Below are positions 20,554 through 28,390 of a stretch of DNA of 35,521 nt, one piece after another. How positions within the stretch are numbered: position 1 is the stretch's first letter; each line of letters begins with the position of its first letter. A program made the position numbers and the translations under genes. Where the stretch lies: NCBI GenBank assembly GCA_035537215.1, contig DATLMQ010000026.1, forward strand, positions 1-35,521, in the 5' to 3' direction. Below the pieces are notes generated by a model. That model did not search any database and was not told the origin of the DNA. It saw nothing but the letters and a program-made list of their open reading frames with translations. This DNA comes from Acidobacteriaceae bacterium (GTDB taxonomy: Bacteria > Acidobacteriota > Terriglobia > Terriglobales > Acidobacteriaceae).

Positions 20554-21504
20554 TTACCATCCGGCGACAAAGCTACGGAAACAAACCACCGTCTCGCCGT
20601 CCACCGCGTCCTTCACCGGCAGTGCACGGAACGCCGCACTCTGCCGCAACATCTCCAGACCCCCACTACCTGATGCCGCCGTCTCGCCGGCGCTCGCCAT
20701 CGCCTGCAACCGCGGGTAGTGCCATAGCACTCGTTCTCCCTGCTGTCCCTCGGCAACAAACAACCCGGACCACTCCTGGAAGAAGCTCGACCCCTCGCGA
20801 TCACAGAACCCCGTCACGGCACTTACCTTCATCCCGGTCACGGGAGTCCCGGCCAGCAGCGGCGATTCCAGCGTCAGCGCACCGTTCTGCACAGCTGCCA
20901 CCCGCGCTACGTTCAGCGACACCCGCCGCACATAATCCGCGTCGACGAGTGCTGCCTTCACATAGGCCCCACTCACCCCGCTACCCACAAACCCAAGCTG
21001 CCCCGTGTAGTCCACATCCACAGCGACCATTTGCCCGGCAGCGAACGCCGCCGCTGCCGTGTTTCCAACCTGCAAAACACTTGCCGTGGATCCTGTCTGC
21101 ACTGCCACTGCAGGCATTCCGGCACCACCCGAGCCAGCCGCGGTGACGCCAGGCCCGGTCCTCAGCAGGTTCATCTGTTGCGTTCCCGAAGCCAGCGCCA
21201 TCTGCAGCTTGCCCCAGCTCGCGAATTCGAACGCTACCGTCGCCTCCACCTCGCTCCGGCTCTGCCCTTGCGTAGTCGTCGGCGCTCCGCCCCGCAACGC
21301 CTGAATTATGGTTCCCGACTTGCGGCTGAATCCACTGATCCAGCCGAGATCCAGCCATGGTGCGGGCGGTGTATTGAGATCAAACAATCCAAGCTGTGCC
21401 GGATCGAAAATGGTCGGCTGCTGTGCGCTGCGATTCACCGGAGCAAAGTACACACGTATGCGCCGCACAGCGGGTGCCATGCTCTCTGTCGTCGTATTCA
21501 TCAC
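20554..21504 (-). CDS. Putative major tail (tube) protein with internal beta-domain insertion
   Basis: RVYFAP...WLDLGWISGFSR, ATVAFEF, VLWHYPR, AAFRALP pattern typical of siphoviral tube proteins; position after neck genes. Confidence 0.6.
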   Translation of the reverse strand: MMNTTTESMAPAVRRIRVYFAPVNRSAQQPTIFDPAQLGLFDLNTPPAPWLDLGWISGFSRKSGTIIQALRGGAPTTTQGQSRSEVEATVAFEFASWGKLQMALASGTQQMNLLRTGPGVTAAGSGGAGMPAVAVQTGSTASVLQVGNTAAAAFAAGQMVAVDVDYTGQLGFVGSGVSGAYVKAALVDADYVRRVSLNVARVAAVQNGALTLESPLLAGTPVTGMKVSAVTGFCDREGSSFFQEWSGLFVAEGQQGERVLWHYPRLQAMASAGETAASGSGGLEMLRQSAAFRALPVKDAVDGETVVCFRSFVAGW

Positions 21505-22004
21505 TCACCCGCCTCTTCGTAGCTCATCACCATCACTGTGGCACTGCGTCCAACTCGATCGCCCTTGATCTCAGCGGCGCCAAAATTCACATCGGTCCAC
21601 CAGATCCTGCTGCTCATCGGGGCCGCCACACCACTGGTCGCCAGGCCCGCATAGTTCTGCTTCGACGCCGACTGCGGAGTAGCCCCTATCGCCTCGGCGA
21701 GCTCCGCATCCATTGCCGCCAGCGCACGTCCCCGATCCATGCCTCCATTGCCGACCTGGCCGGCGGTCTCGTAGAAGACCTCGCAACGCATCACGGCCAA
21801 TGGCAGCTGGTGAGCTCTATCCACACTCGTCTCCGTCCATCGCAGCCGAAAGCAATCCGGCAAGGTCGTCGCCGTTATCAGTTCGTTTTCCTCCACCAGC
21901 ACGCCCGGCCTTATGAGCCCACGCAGCACGATGGTCCGTTCCGGATTGCCAGCCACGACTCTCGATCGCAGCACCTCGTAAAACGTGTCCTTCGCGTTCT
22001 GCAC
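21501..22004 (-). CDS. Putative tail terminator/completion protein
   Basis: 167 aa, GTG start, alpha/beta pattern, stop overlaps the tube gene start; assigned mainly by synteny. Confidence 0.5.
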   Translation of the reverse strand: MQNAKDTFYEVLRSRVVAGNPERTIVLRGLIRPGVLVEENELITATTLPDCFRLRWTETSVDRAHQLPLAVMRCEVFYETAGQVGNGGMDRGRALAAMDAELAEAIGATPQSASKQNYAGLATSGVAAPMSSRIWWTDVNFGAAEIKGDRVGRSATVMVMSYEEAGE

Positions 22005-22038
22005 CTTACCCCCAAAACCATCTCAGCCGCGCCGCCGC

Positions 22039-22437
22039 TCACCGTTCCGGAGCACGTAACGTCAGGCTGTAGCTATACGTCTTTCCATCGGAGGTCGAAG
22101 CCGTGTGATCGAGGATCGTGTACAGCACCTCATCCATCACCACGCCTGCTGCCGTTTCAAACAGCACCTGCGCCGAGTTGAACTGCAAGCTCCCAACCAC
22201 TGCATTCACCGCCGATCCCGAAACCAGCAGCGTCGTCGTGTTGCCGGCCTTGCGCAGCACCACAGGCGACAGCTCCACATCCTGGAACCCTGGCACTGCC
22301 AGCCCCAGCTGTTCAGCATCGTCGTTCGCCACTGCAGGGGCCGGCGTTCGCAGCCAGACAGCCCGCCCGCCGTTCGCACGCATCAGCGCGTCAGCCGCTC
22401 TGGCAGTCGCATCTCCGCATTGCAGGAAATCGCCCAC
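22039..22437 (-). CDS. Putative head-closure (stopper) protein
   Basis: About 132 aa from GTG 22437 right after the connector stop; beta-rich C-terminus (VVMDEVLYTILD...YSLTLR); assigned by synteny. Confidence 0.5.
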   Translation of the reverse strand: MGDFLQCGDATARAADALMRANGGRAVWLRTPAPAVANDDAEQLGLAVPGFQDVELSPVVLRKAGNTTTLLVSGSAVNAVVGSLQFNSAQVLFETAAGVVMDEVLYTILDHTASTSDGKTYSYSLTLRAPER

Positions 22438-22438
22438 G

Positions 22439-23041
22439 CTAGGCCAGCCTTTCCGCAACATACGGCCGCAGCAGTGCGCGTACCTGGCTATCCAGCAGCG
22501 AATCGCTGAAGTACTCCGTCTGCAGCGTGTCCATCTTGCTCGAACGGACGTTCAGCCCCGGCGTAGTCTGCGCATTCTTCACCACCTGCGCGCACGCCAC
22601 CTTCACCGCATCCGGAACCGTCGCCAGCCCCGCTGTGTACGTCACCTCGGCCTCTGCATATCGCAGCCCCATGAGGTTCCATCCAAACCGAAACTCGCCA
22701 AGTGACAGATCCACATCCAACGTCGCTGGATCCAGCGTGGCCCACGATCCCGGAACTCCAAACGCTGCGGCCACCTCCGCCCCGAACCCATCCCCCAACT
22801 CACATCCCGAGGACTGCGCATAACGCACGCGAACTCCATCGACACTCGTCAGAGGTCCATAGCTCAGCCGCACACGCTGCGTGTGCCTCGCCACGCGGAC
22901 CCGTTCCGTGTAGCTCGCCGAGAGCAGCGTAGGCCGCTTGCAGTAAGCCTCCATCATCGCCGAGGCCGTCGTAATCCACGCCGTCGGCGTCTCCGCCGTC
23001 AGCCCAAACGCCACATACTCGGCGGGCAGCAAATAGCCCAT
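22439..23041 (-). CDS. Head-tail connector/adaptor (HK97 gp6-like, long phiE125 gp8 / RcGTA adaptor type)
   Basis: ITTASAMMEAYCKR, AEVTYTAGLATVPDAVKVACAQVV, VRALLRPY; GGGAGG before the ATG ATG at 23044/23041. Confidence 0.8.
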   Translation of the reverse strand: MGYLLPAEYVAFGLTAETPTAWITTASAMMEAYCKRPTLLSASYTERVRVARHTQRVRLSYGPLTSVDGVRVRYAQSSGCELGDGFGAEVAAAFGVPGSWATLDPATLDVDLSLGEFRFGWNLMGLRYAEAEVTYTAGLATVPDAVKVACAQVVKNAQTTPGLNVRSSKMDTLQTEYFSDSLLDSQVRALLRPYVAERLA

Positions 23042-23070
23042 CATTTCCTCCCGAACTCCCGCGCCCTGTG

Positions 23071-23103
23071 GCGCAGCGAAGGGCATCACGCCCTTCGCTG
23101 CGC
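23071..23103 (-). other. Strong hairpin downstream of major capsid gene
   Basis: Perfect 14-bp stem GCGCAGCGAAGGGC-ATCAC-GCCCTTCGCTGCGC; no U-tract. Confidence 0.7.
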
Positions 23104-23149
23104 TCACGAGCTCCATTCACCACATCGAGCTCCGCCAGGAACCCGCGGT

Positions 23150-24121
23150 TTAGCGGTCGACCAGCACCTGGTAGTGCGCGTAGTTCGCACCCTTCACCAC
23201 AAGGCCGCCGAATTTCACCACCACATACTGGCTGGCCAGCGAGCCAGGCATGCCAAGCTGGAACACCCGGGGGTGCGCATCGCCAAGCCAGTGGTACTCG
23301 ATCAGGTCCTCCGTCACAATGTAGGCGGGAAGCACCGCGCTGCCCGAACCGGGAGTGCCGGTGTACGGCAGAGTCCACTCGGGAATCAGCGGCAGATCGC
23401 CAGCCTGCGTCGAAAGCGTCTTCACAGTGAAGCCGCCTTCGATCTGCTTCGTGTTCAGCACAACGTTGAACTCCGACTTCATCTCGCGATCGATCAGGTC
23501 CAGAAGAACCGGATTCGCATAGATGGCGGTCGGCCGCACGCCGTAGCTGGTGTTCGAAAGCATCTGCGCCACAGTCGCCTTCAACCCGTCGACGATTGAA
23601 TCGGTGGTCCCGATGGTCTTGGTGTTACCGCCCGCGGCAATCTGTCCAGCCGCGCCGAAGTACTGAGTTGTCGTGGGCGAGCTGAGGCTGGTGTCGTTGC
23701 CGTTCCACAGGGTCACATCATGGGTCCGGAGCACACCATCAACGGTGTCGGTCAGGTCCTTCGCCTGCAGATACGCGAACTGGCTCTGCTGCTTGCCCAG
23801 CTCGAGATCGAACAGGTTGTAGTTGATCTGCGCAACCAGCGCCTTCAGCGGAACCGAGCGCTCGACACGCGTCGGCTGCACCAGCGGAGCCACAATGTTA
23901 CGCGGATCGACGAACCCGGCCGAAGCCGCGGGCGAAGGAATCGCCTGCTCCTCGAAGAAGCGCGACGGGTGACCGGTCGCCGGCACCTGCTTGATGCGCT
24001 GACCGAAAACGCCACGGCGGCGCACCAGGTCGGTAATCTCTGTCTGGAACAGCGGAACCTCAACTGCGCCGGGTCCGATATAGTCTGCCGCTGCGCTGAT
24101 CTCCGTAAACTTCGCGTTCAT
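23150..24121 (-). CDS. Major capsid protein (HK97 fold, SU10/DUF5309-like)
   Basis: 323 aa from ATG 24121 (GAGGAG RBS); LWNGND...QYFG, RPTAIYANP, TLSTQAGDLPLIP, YVVVKFGGLVVK patterns; located after protease and scaffold. Confidence 0.8.
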   Translation of the reverse strand: MNAKFTEISAAADYIGPGAVEVPLFQTEITDLVRRRGVFGQRIKQVPATGHPSRFFEEQAIPSPAASAGFVDPRNIVAPLVQPTRVERSVPLKALVAQINYNLFDLELGKQQSQFAYLQAKDLTDTVDGVLRTHDVTLWNGNDTSLSSPTTTQYFGAAGQIAAGGNTKTIGTTDSIVDGLKATVAQMLSNTSYGVRPTAIYANPVLLDLIDREMKSEFNVVLNTKQIEGGFTVKTLSTQAGDLPLIPEWTLPYTGTPGSGSAVLPAYIVTEDLIEYHWLGDAHPRVFQLGMPGSLASQYVVVKFGGLVVKGANYAHYQVLVDR

Positions 24122-24144
24122 GCCTTCTCCTCTGTGTTGCCTGC

Positions 24145-24178
24145 AAAAAACGAAGAGCGCAGCCTTTGCCACGCTCTC
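24145..24178 (-). terminator. Terminator-like hairpin directly upstream of capsid RBS
   Basis: Minus strand GAGAGCGTGGC-AAAG-GCTGCGCTCTT then CGTTTTTT. Confidence 0.6.
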
Positions 24179-24268
24179 CTGTCTCACTGCATCACCTTCA
24201 TGCAGCAAAAAAATGCCAAGTCATCTGTCCTGGTCCGGACCTGTCTCTGGCCCGAGCTCGTCAGGCGA

Positions 24269-24685
24269 CTAGCCGATCATCCCGGCGCGCATCAACTCGC
24301 TCTTCACGGCGATCCGCTGCTCGATGCTCAGAGCAACGAGCGCATGATCCAGCGCACCCGCCTCAAGCGACTCCACCGCGACTCCCTGCTTCGACAGCAT
24401 CGAAGCCATGCTCGCCGGCAGCGTCTTGCGCCCGCTCGGCTGCTGTGAAGCAGCAGCGGCGGCCATCTCGGCGATCTTCGCCTCGGCCTCCGCCAGCTTC
24501 CGCTCCAGCTCCGCCTCGCGCTCGGTCTCGGTTGTTGCCACAATGCGGCCTACATGCTCGTCCGCCTGGGCGGCAATCGCCGTCCGCTGCTCGGCCGCGT
24601 CCAGGATCATCCTCTCCAGCGACGTAGCAACCTCCAACAGCCGCTCCACAACAACCTGCAGCTCACTTCCTGTCATCTCTTCCAT
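24269..24685 (-). CDS. Putative capsid scaffolding protein
   Basis: Acidic, Ala/Glu-rich coiled coil (EREAELERKLAEAEAKIAEM) between protease and capsid; AGGAGA before ATG 24685. Confidence 0.6.
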   Translation of the reverse strand: MEEMTGSELQVVVERLLEVATSLERMILDAAEQRTAIAAQADEHVGRIVATTETEREAELERKLAEAEAKIAEMAAAAASQQPSGRKTLPASMASMLSKQGVAVESLEAGALDHALVALSIEQRIAVKSELMRAGMIG

Positions 24686-24704
24686 CTCTCTCCTTCTCAT
24701 TCGG

Positions 24705-25283
24705 CTAAGCCGCTTGCGTCCGCTGCACTCGAGCCCGGCTACGCAACCGGAACGAAGTGCCGCGATACGCCGCCTTGTCCCGCAGCAGAATCGCCGCTCC
24801 AGTAAACGTCGCCTTCGTCAGCGTCCACACCTGCGCCTTCATGTCCGCCACATGAGCATCGGCCAGCTCATAACTCATACCCATCTCGCCCCCGCCGGCG
24901 CCCTGCAGCTCGCTCATGCGCGCCTCCAGCTCCGGGAAGTCTCTGGCAAACAGAAATCCGCTCACCATCAATCTCTGTCCCTCCAGGTGAGCCGCCGTGA
25001 TAATGCCGCACTTCTGCCGCGCGTCATGGCCATCCCATCCGGCCTTGTAATCCACAGCCATCCCCAGCAAGCTGGGCAGCGCCGCCTCCGCCGCTGCTTT
25101 CGTCAACAACACCCTGTGTCCCCGAGCCCCACTCGGCGCCTTATCGCTCGCCACATCCACCAGCGTCAGGCAGCCCTCGAACGGCAGGCGGTTCGGATGT
25201 CCGCTTACCTCTGGGAAATCAACCGCCATCGCCGACACGGCCAGTCCACGCGGCCTGCACTGCCGCGCTCCTGTTTCTCTCAC
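24705..25283 (-). CDS. Putative prohead maturation protease (HK97/herpes-type fold)
   Basis: His in GHDARQKCGII and Ser in GMSYEL, then FTGAAIL...AAY; position after portal; start uncertain. Confidence 0.7.
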   Translation of the reverse strand: MRETGARQCRPRGLAVSAMAVDFPEVSGHPNRLPFEGCLTLVDVASDKAPSGARGHRVLLTKAAAEAALPSLLGMAVDYKAGWDGHDARQKCGIITAAHLEGQRLMVSGFLFARDFPELEARMSELQGAGGGEMGMSYELADAHVADMKAQVWTLTKATFTGAAILLRDKAAYRGTSFRLRSRARVQRTQAA

Positions 25284-25319
25284 GCATCCTCCTCGTTGTC
25301 ACCACACCCTGCAACGCCC

Positions 25320-26546
25320 TTACTGCTGAACCAGCGCCGGCAGTCCGCGCATCACGCGAACCTCATCCACCGTCAGCACCCCAGCCTGCAGCAACTGCGT
25401 CTGGATCTGCACCTCGGCCAACTCGTCCCGGCTGTCCAGCTCATTCCAGACAAACCGCAGATCGTCCCACCCCAGGCGCTTCATAATCACGTCGCGCGTC
25501 AGATGGTCCGCAATGAGCTTCGCCAGCGGCACCACAGCGTTATCGAAAGCCTGCTGGCTCATCTCCTCTGCCGTCGACCGGTTCACATCGTGCGAAACCC
25601 CCAGCATCATCGCCGGCAGATCAAACGCATTCGCAATCATCGACAGCAGAAACTCCTGCCAGTTCAGCCTTAGATCCGCATCCGTTCCCCCCGCGAACCG
25701 CAGCACCTCCGGCTTCGTCTCCGAGGTCATCACCGGCACACGCCCCGTACCTTCCACCTCGTCATGCCACCACTGGATCAGCCGTTCATGCTGCTCCGGA
25801 GTACGATCCTGCATCCACAGCGCATACTGCACCACGCTATTCGCCGCCAGCCTGCCCGCATACCGGTGCGCCTGCAGAAAGCTCGAGATCGTCTCAAACG
25901 CTACCTCCAGCTTGCCCAGTCCGAACACCGTATGCGTCCGCGGATTCAGCCGGATGTACATCAGCTCGCCATCCATCAGCGGCGTCATCCCATCCCTGCC
26001 CATCTTGCCGGTCACCTGCCCATACCGCGGCTGCTCCGGGTCTCCCATCCAGTTCGGACTCACCTGGATCGTCGCCCCGTCTACCGGATACAGCCGCACC
26101 GGCCGGCGATCGCTCCCGGTGGTCTCGATTTCCGCTGCACCAAAGCCGCCCACTAGCACGTCTTCCAGCACCTGCTCAATCAGCGTGCGAAAGCTATCGC
26201 TCTCGTTTGGCGATTCAAACGCGCGCCGCAACGCCCGTCCACGATCCGCCCGCGTCTCCGCGTTCTCGTCGCCCGCATCCGGCCGGGCCTCGATCCGCCA
26301 CTCCATGCACGCGATCCGGTCCTTGATGCAGTTGATCGCCCGCCGCGCCACCGGCGTCTCCGCAAACTTCCGCAGATTCGTCGCCGTCGGTTTCGGCAGC
26401 GCCTGCGCGTTGCCCGACCGGATCGGCGCAAAGATCGAGCCTGCCAGAGGCGCAGTCACCGTCTTCCGTTCTCCCTCCGCGCCCTTTGCCGCACTCAACC
26501 CAGACACGCGGTCCCAGATGTCCTTCACCGCTGTTCCTACGCCCAT
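25320..26546 (-). CDS. Phage portal protein (HK97 family)
   Basis: RAINCIKDRIACMEW, PNESDSFRTLIEQVLEDVLVGG, RLYPVDG, IANAFDLPAMMLG, GVLTVDEVRVMRGLP; GGAAGGAG before ATG 26546. Confidence 0.93.
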   Translation of the reverse strand: MGVGTAVKDIWDRVSGLSAAKGAEGERKTVTAPLAGSIFAPIRSGNAQALPKPTATNLRKFAETPVARRAINCIKDRIACMEWRIEARPDAGDENAETRADRGRALRRAFESPNESDSFRTLIEQVLEDVLVGGFGAAEIETTGSDRRPVRLYPVDGATIQVSPNWMGDPEQPRYGQVTGKMGRDGMTPLMDGELMYIRLNPRTHTVFGLGKLEVAFETISSFLQAHRYAGRLAANSVVQYALWMQDRTPEQHERLIQWWHDEVEGTGRVPVMTSETKPEVLRFAGGTDADLRLNWQEFLLSMIANAFDLPAMMLGVSHDVNRSTAEEMSQQAFDNAVVPLAKLIADHLTRDVIMKRLGWDDLRFVWNELDSRDELAEVQIQTQLLQAGVLTVDEVRVMRGLPALVQQ

Positions 26547-26563
26547 CCGCTCTCCTTCCGCAC

Positions 26564-26597
26564 AAAGCAAAACGGCGCAGCCATAAGCCACGCCGTT
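26564..26597 (-). terminator. Terminator-like hairpin between DUF3037 gene and portal
   Basis: Minus strand AACGGCGTGGC-TTATG-GCTGCGCCGTT then TTGCTTT. Confidence 0.6.
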
Positions 26598-26622
26598 CCC
26601 AAATCCAAACTCTTCGCTGCGT

Positions 26623-27444
26623 TTACACCCGCAGCTCCCGTCGAGCGGTCTCGGCCACCCGGCCCAGGTCCGCCGTCGTCAGCACCCGGATCGCCGCACG
26701 CTCCATCGCACTCACGCCGAACTCATACATCTCCGCATCGTTGGCGGATGCCGCCGGCTCTACAATCGCGGTCAACTCCAGCCCGACACCGTCAATCTTC
26801 GCCACACCTTCACGAAGTTCTGCGGCCGAATACGCCATTCCCTTCGCGAACTCCGCATCGCTCTGCAGCGACACCGCCTGGAACATCCGCACCTGTCCAT
26901 TGCGATACCCGCAATCGATCTTCAACGGATCCCCCGGTTGCGTATACTGCGCCGCCGCGATACGTTTCCGCATCAGTCCCCATACACCGGCGCGCTCAAA
27001 CTCCTGCCGCATCCTGCCCACAATGGCCGCTCGCCCACTCACTCTGCGTCGCGCCGGCGTGGCCTTCAACGTCTCCACATACATCCCAAGCAGTTGCTCC
27101 ATCTCCGCCGGCAGACTCTCCGCCAACGTCCCGCGCATCTCTGTCAGCTGCACACTGTTCGAAAGCGAATCCTCCAGCGTTCCCAGCACCGGCTTCGCGT
27201 TCACGCGCTCATCCACACCCGCGCGCAGACGCTCCCCGATCTCCTCTTCCAGCGACTCCAGCAGCTCCACATCGGCGCCCGGATCCAGGCACCGCACCCT
27301 TGCCCAGTCGCGCGTAAACCGCACCACAGCGTCCTCGGGCCGTCCAGCCTCCCGCAGGATCACGCCGATATTGGCGAACTCCCCCTTCACCACATCCGGC
27401 ACATACCGGATCAGGGAGAACTCGCATTGGATCCGCTCCGCCAA
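26623..27444 (-). CDS. DUF3037-domain protein (usual partner of HipA-like kinases)
   Basis: N-terminal FSLIRYVPDVVKGEFANIGVIL signature; C-terminal PLKIDCGYRNG...FQAVSL is restriction-endonuclease-fold-like; TTG start after GGAAGG. Confidence 0.85.
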   Translation of the reverse strand: MAERIQCEFSLIRYVPDVVKGEFANIGVILREAGRPEDAVVRFTRDWARVRCLDPGADVELLESLEEEIGERLRAGVDERVNAKPVLGTLEDSLSNSVQLTEMRGTLAESLPAEMEQLLGMYVETLKATPARRRVSGRAAIVGRMRQEFERAGVWGLMRKRIAAAQYTQPGDPLKIDCGYRNGQVRMFQAVSLQSDAEFAKGMAYSAAELREGVAKIDGVGLELTAIVEPAASANDAEMYEFGVSAMERAAIRVLTTADLGRVAETARRELRV

Positions 27445-27459
27445 CCTTCCCCCACCTTC

Positions 27460-28326
27460 CTACATCACCAGATTGCCCGCGTCTCCCTCGATTGAGAAGC
27501 GCCTCGGCATAAAAATATTCTTACTCGTTCCCCAATTTGGGAATGGCTCTCGATCCGACAGCCGAAACGCCTCAATCAACTCGCGTACCCGGCCACGCCG
27601 TTGCAACATCTGCTCCATCAATCGCTCGATCACGCGAAGGTCTCCACCGTACCACTCCGGCGGCACCTCCTCCGCAATCGCCCACATTCGGTCCGCCTCG
27701 ATCTTCTCGATCCGCGACAGCCACGGCTCGAAGCTCGACCATCCCGTCACCCGGGCATACACCGAGTTTCGCGCAAACACCCCGCGCAGCGGCGAGTCCG
27801 GAAAGCTCCAATCCCCCGCGTTGAAGCAGAAGCCCTGGTCGATAAACACCGCCCTGTACTTCCGTTCCCTCGCCTTCCGTTCATACACCGCCTGCCGTCC
27901 GTTGCAGTTGCCTGTGAACTTATCTACCGCCAGGATCCCGGCAAACTCCGCCAGGTTCCGAATCTCACCCATCAGCGGCTCCGGCAGATAATCCACCACC
28001 TGCCCCGGCATCAGCCCACCCACAAACTGGCTTCCAAACTGCAGCCCCGGCGAGCATCGCTCCCGCACTCCCCGTCCCAGCTCGATCATCATGCTCGGAC
28101 TGTGCTGCACGAGCCATTCGCTCACCTCGACCACGTCGCTCCTCGGCACCGTCAGTCCAACCGCTTCAGCGATCCGCGTCGCGATCAGCTCATTCGCCAG
28201 CACCCGCAGATGCTGCGGATTGTTCTGAAACTTCACCACCCACAGATGCCCGTCCGCACCCAGCATCAACTGGCTCTGCGCCCCTCCGCGCATCTTGTGA
28301 ATCGCTTGCACCGCAACAACCGCCAC
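27460..28326 (-). CDS. HipA-like (HipA_2-type) kinase-fold protein, possibly a pseudokinase
   Basis: RGGAQSQL Gly-loop, WVVKF Lys, LANELIA Glu, VDKFTGNCNGRQ catalytic-loop region, FIDQG Mg-binding motif, VPPEW. Confidence 0.85.
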   Translation of the reverse strand: MAVVAVQAIHKMRGGAQSQLMLGADGHLWVVKFQNNPQHLRVLANELIATRIAEAVGLTVPRSDVVEVSEWLVQHSPSMMIELGRGVRERCSPGLQFGSQFVGGLMPGQVVDYLPEPLMGEIRNLAEFAGILAVDKFTGNCNGRQAVYERKARERKYRAVFIDQGFCFNAGDWSFPDSPLRGVFARNSVYARVTGWSSFEPWLSRIEKIEADRMWAIAEEVPPEWYGGDLRVIERLMEQMLQRRGRVRELIEAFRLSDREPFPNWGTSKNIFMPRRFSIEGDAGNLVM

Positions 28327-28343
28327 CGCGCACCCTCATCAGC

Positions 28344-28371
28344 AGCCTAAACCAACTACCTGCCCAGCCAA
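28344..28371 (-). promoter_or_regulatory. Putative internal sigma70 promoter for the kinase-DUF3037 cassette
   Basis: Minus strand TTGGCT-N16-TAGGCT in the 64-bp terL/kinase gap, 17 nt before GTG start, GAGGG RBS. Confidence 0.45.
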
Positions 28372-28390
28372 GCAGCTCAGCATCAAAGCC

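Noticed and set aside
18107-22004. Tailocin or contractile injection system
   Set aside because: Head genes are present and no sheath, baseplate wedge or spike genes are recognisable
23042-23116. ORF-track N-terminal extensions of connector (also capsid 24122-24208, portal 26547-26591, lysozyme 11110-11349)
   Set aside because: They run through intergenic hairpins or neighbouring genes; strong SD sequences support the downstream starts
23150-24121. Encapsulin nanocompartment interpretation of the capsid gene
   Set aside because: Portal, terminase, protease and neck genes indicate a DNA-packaging virion-type assembly
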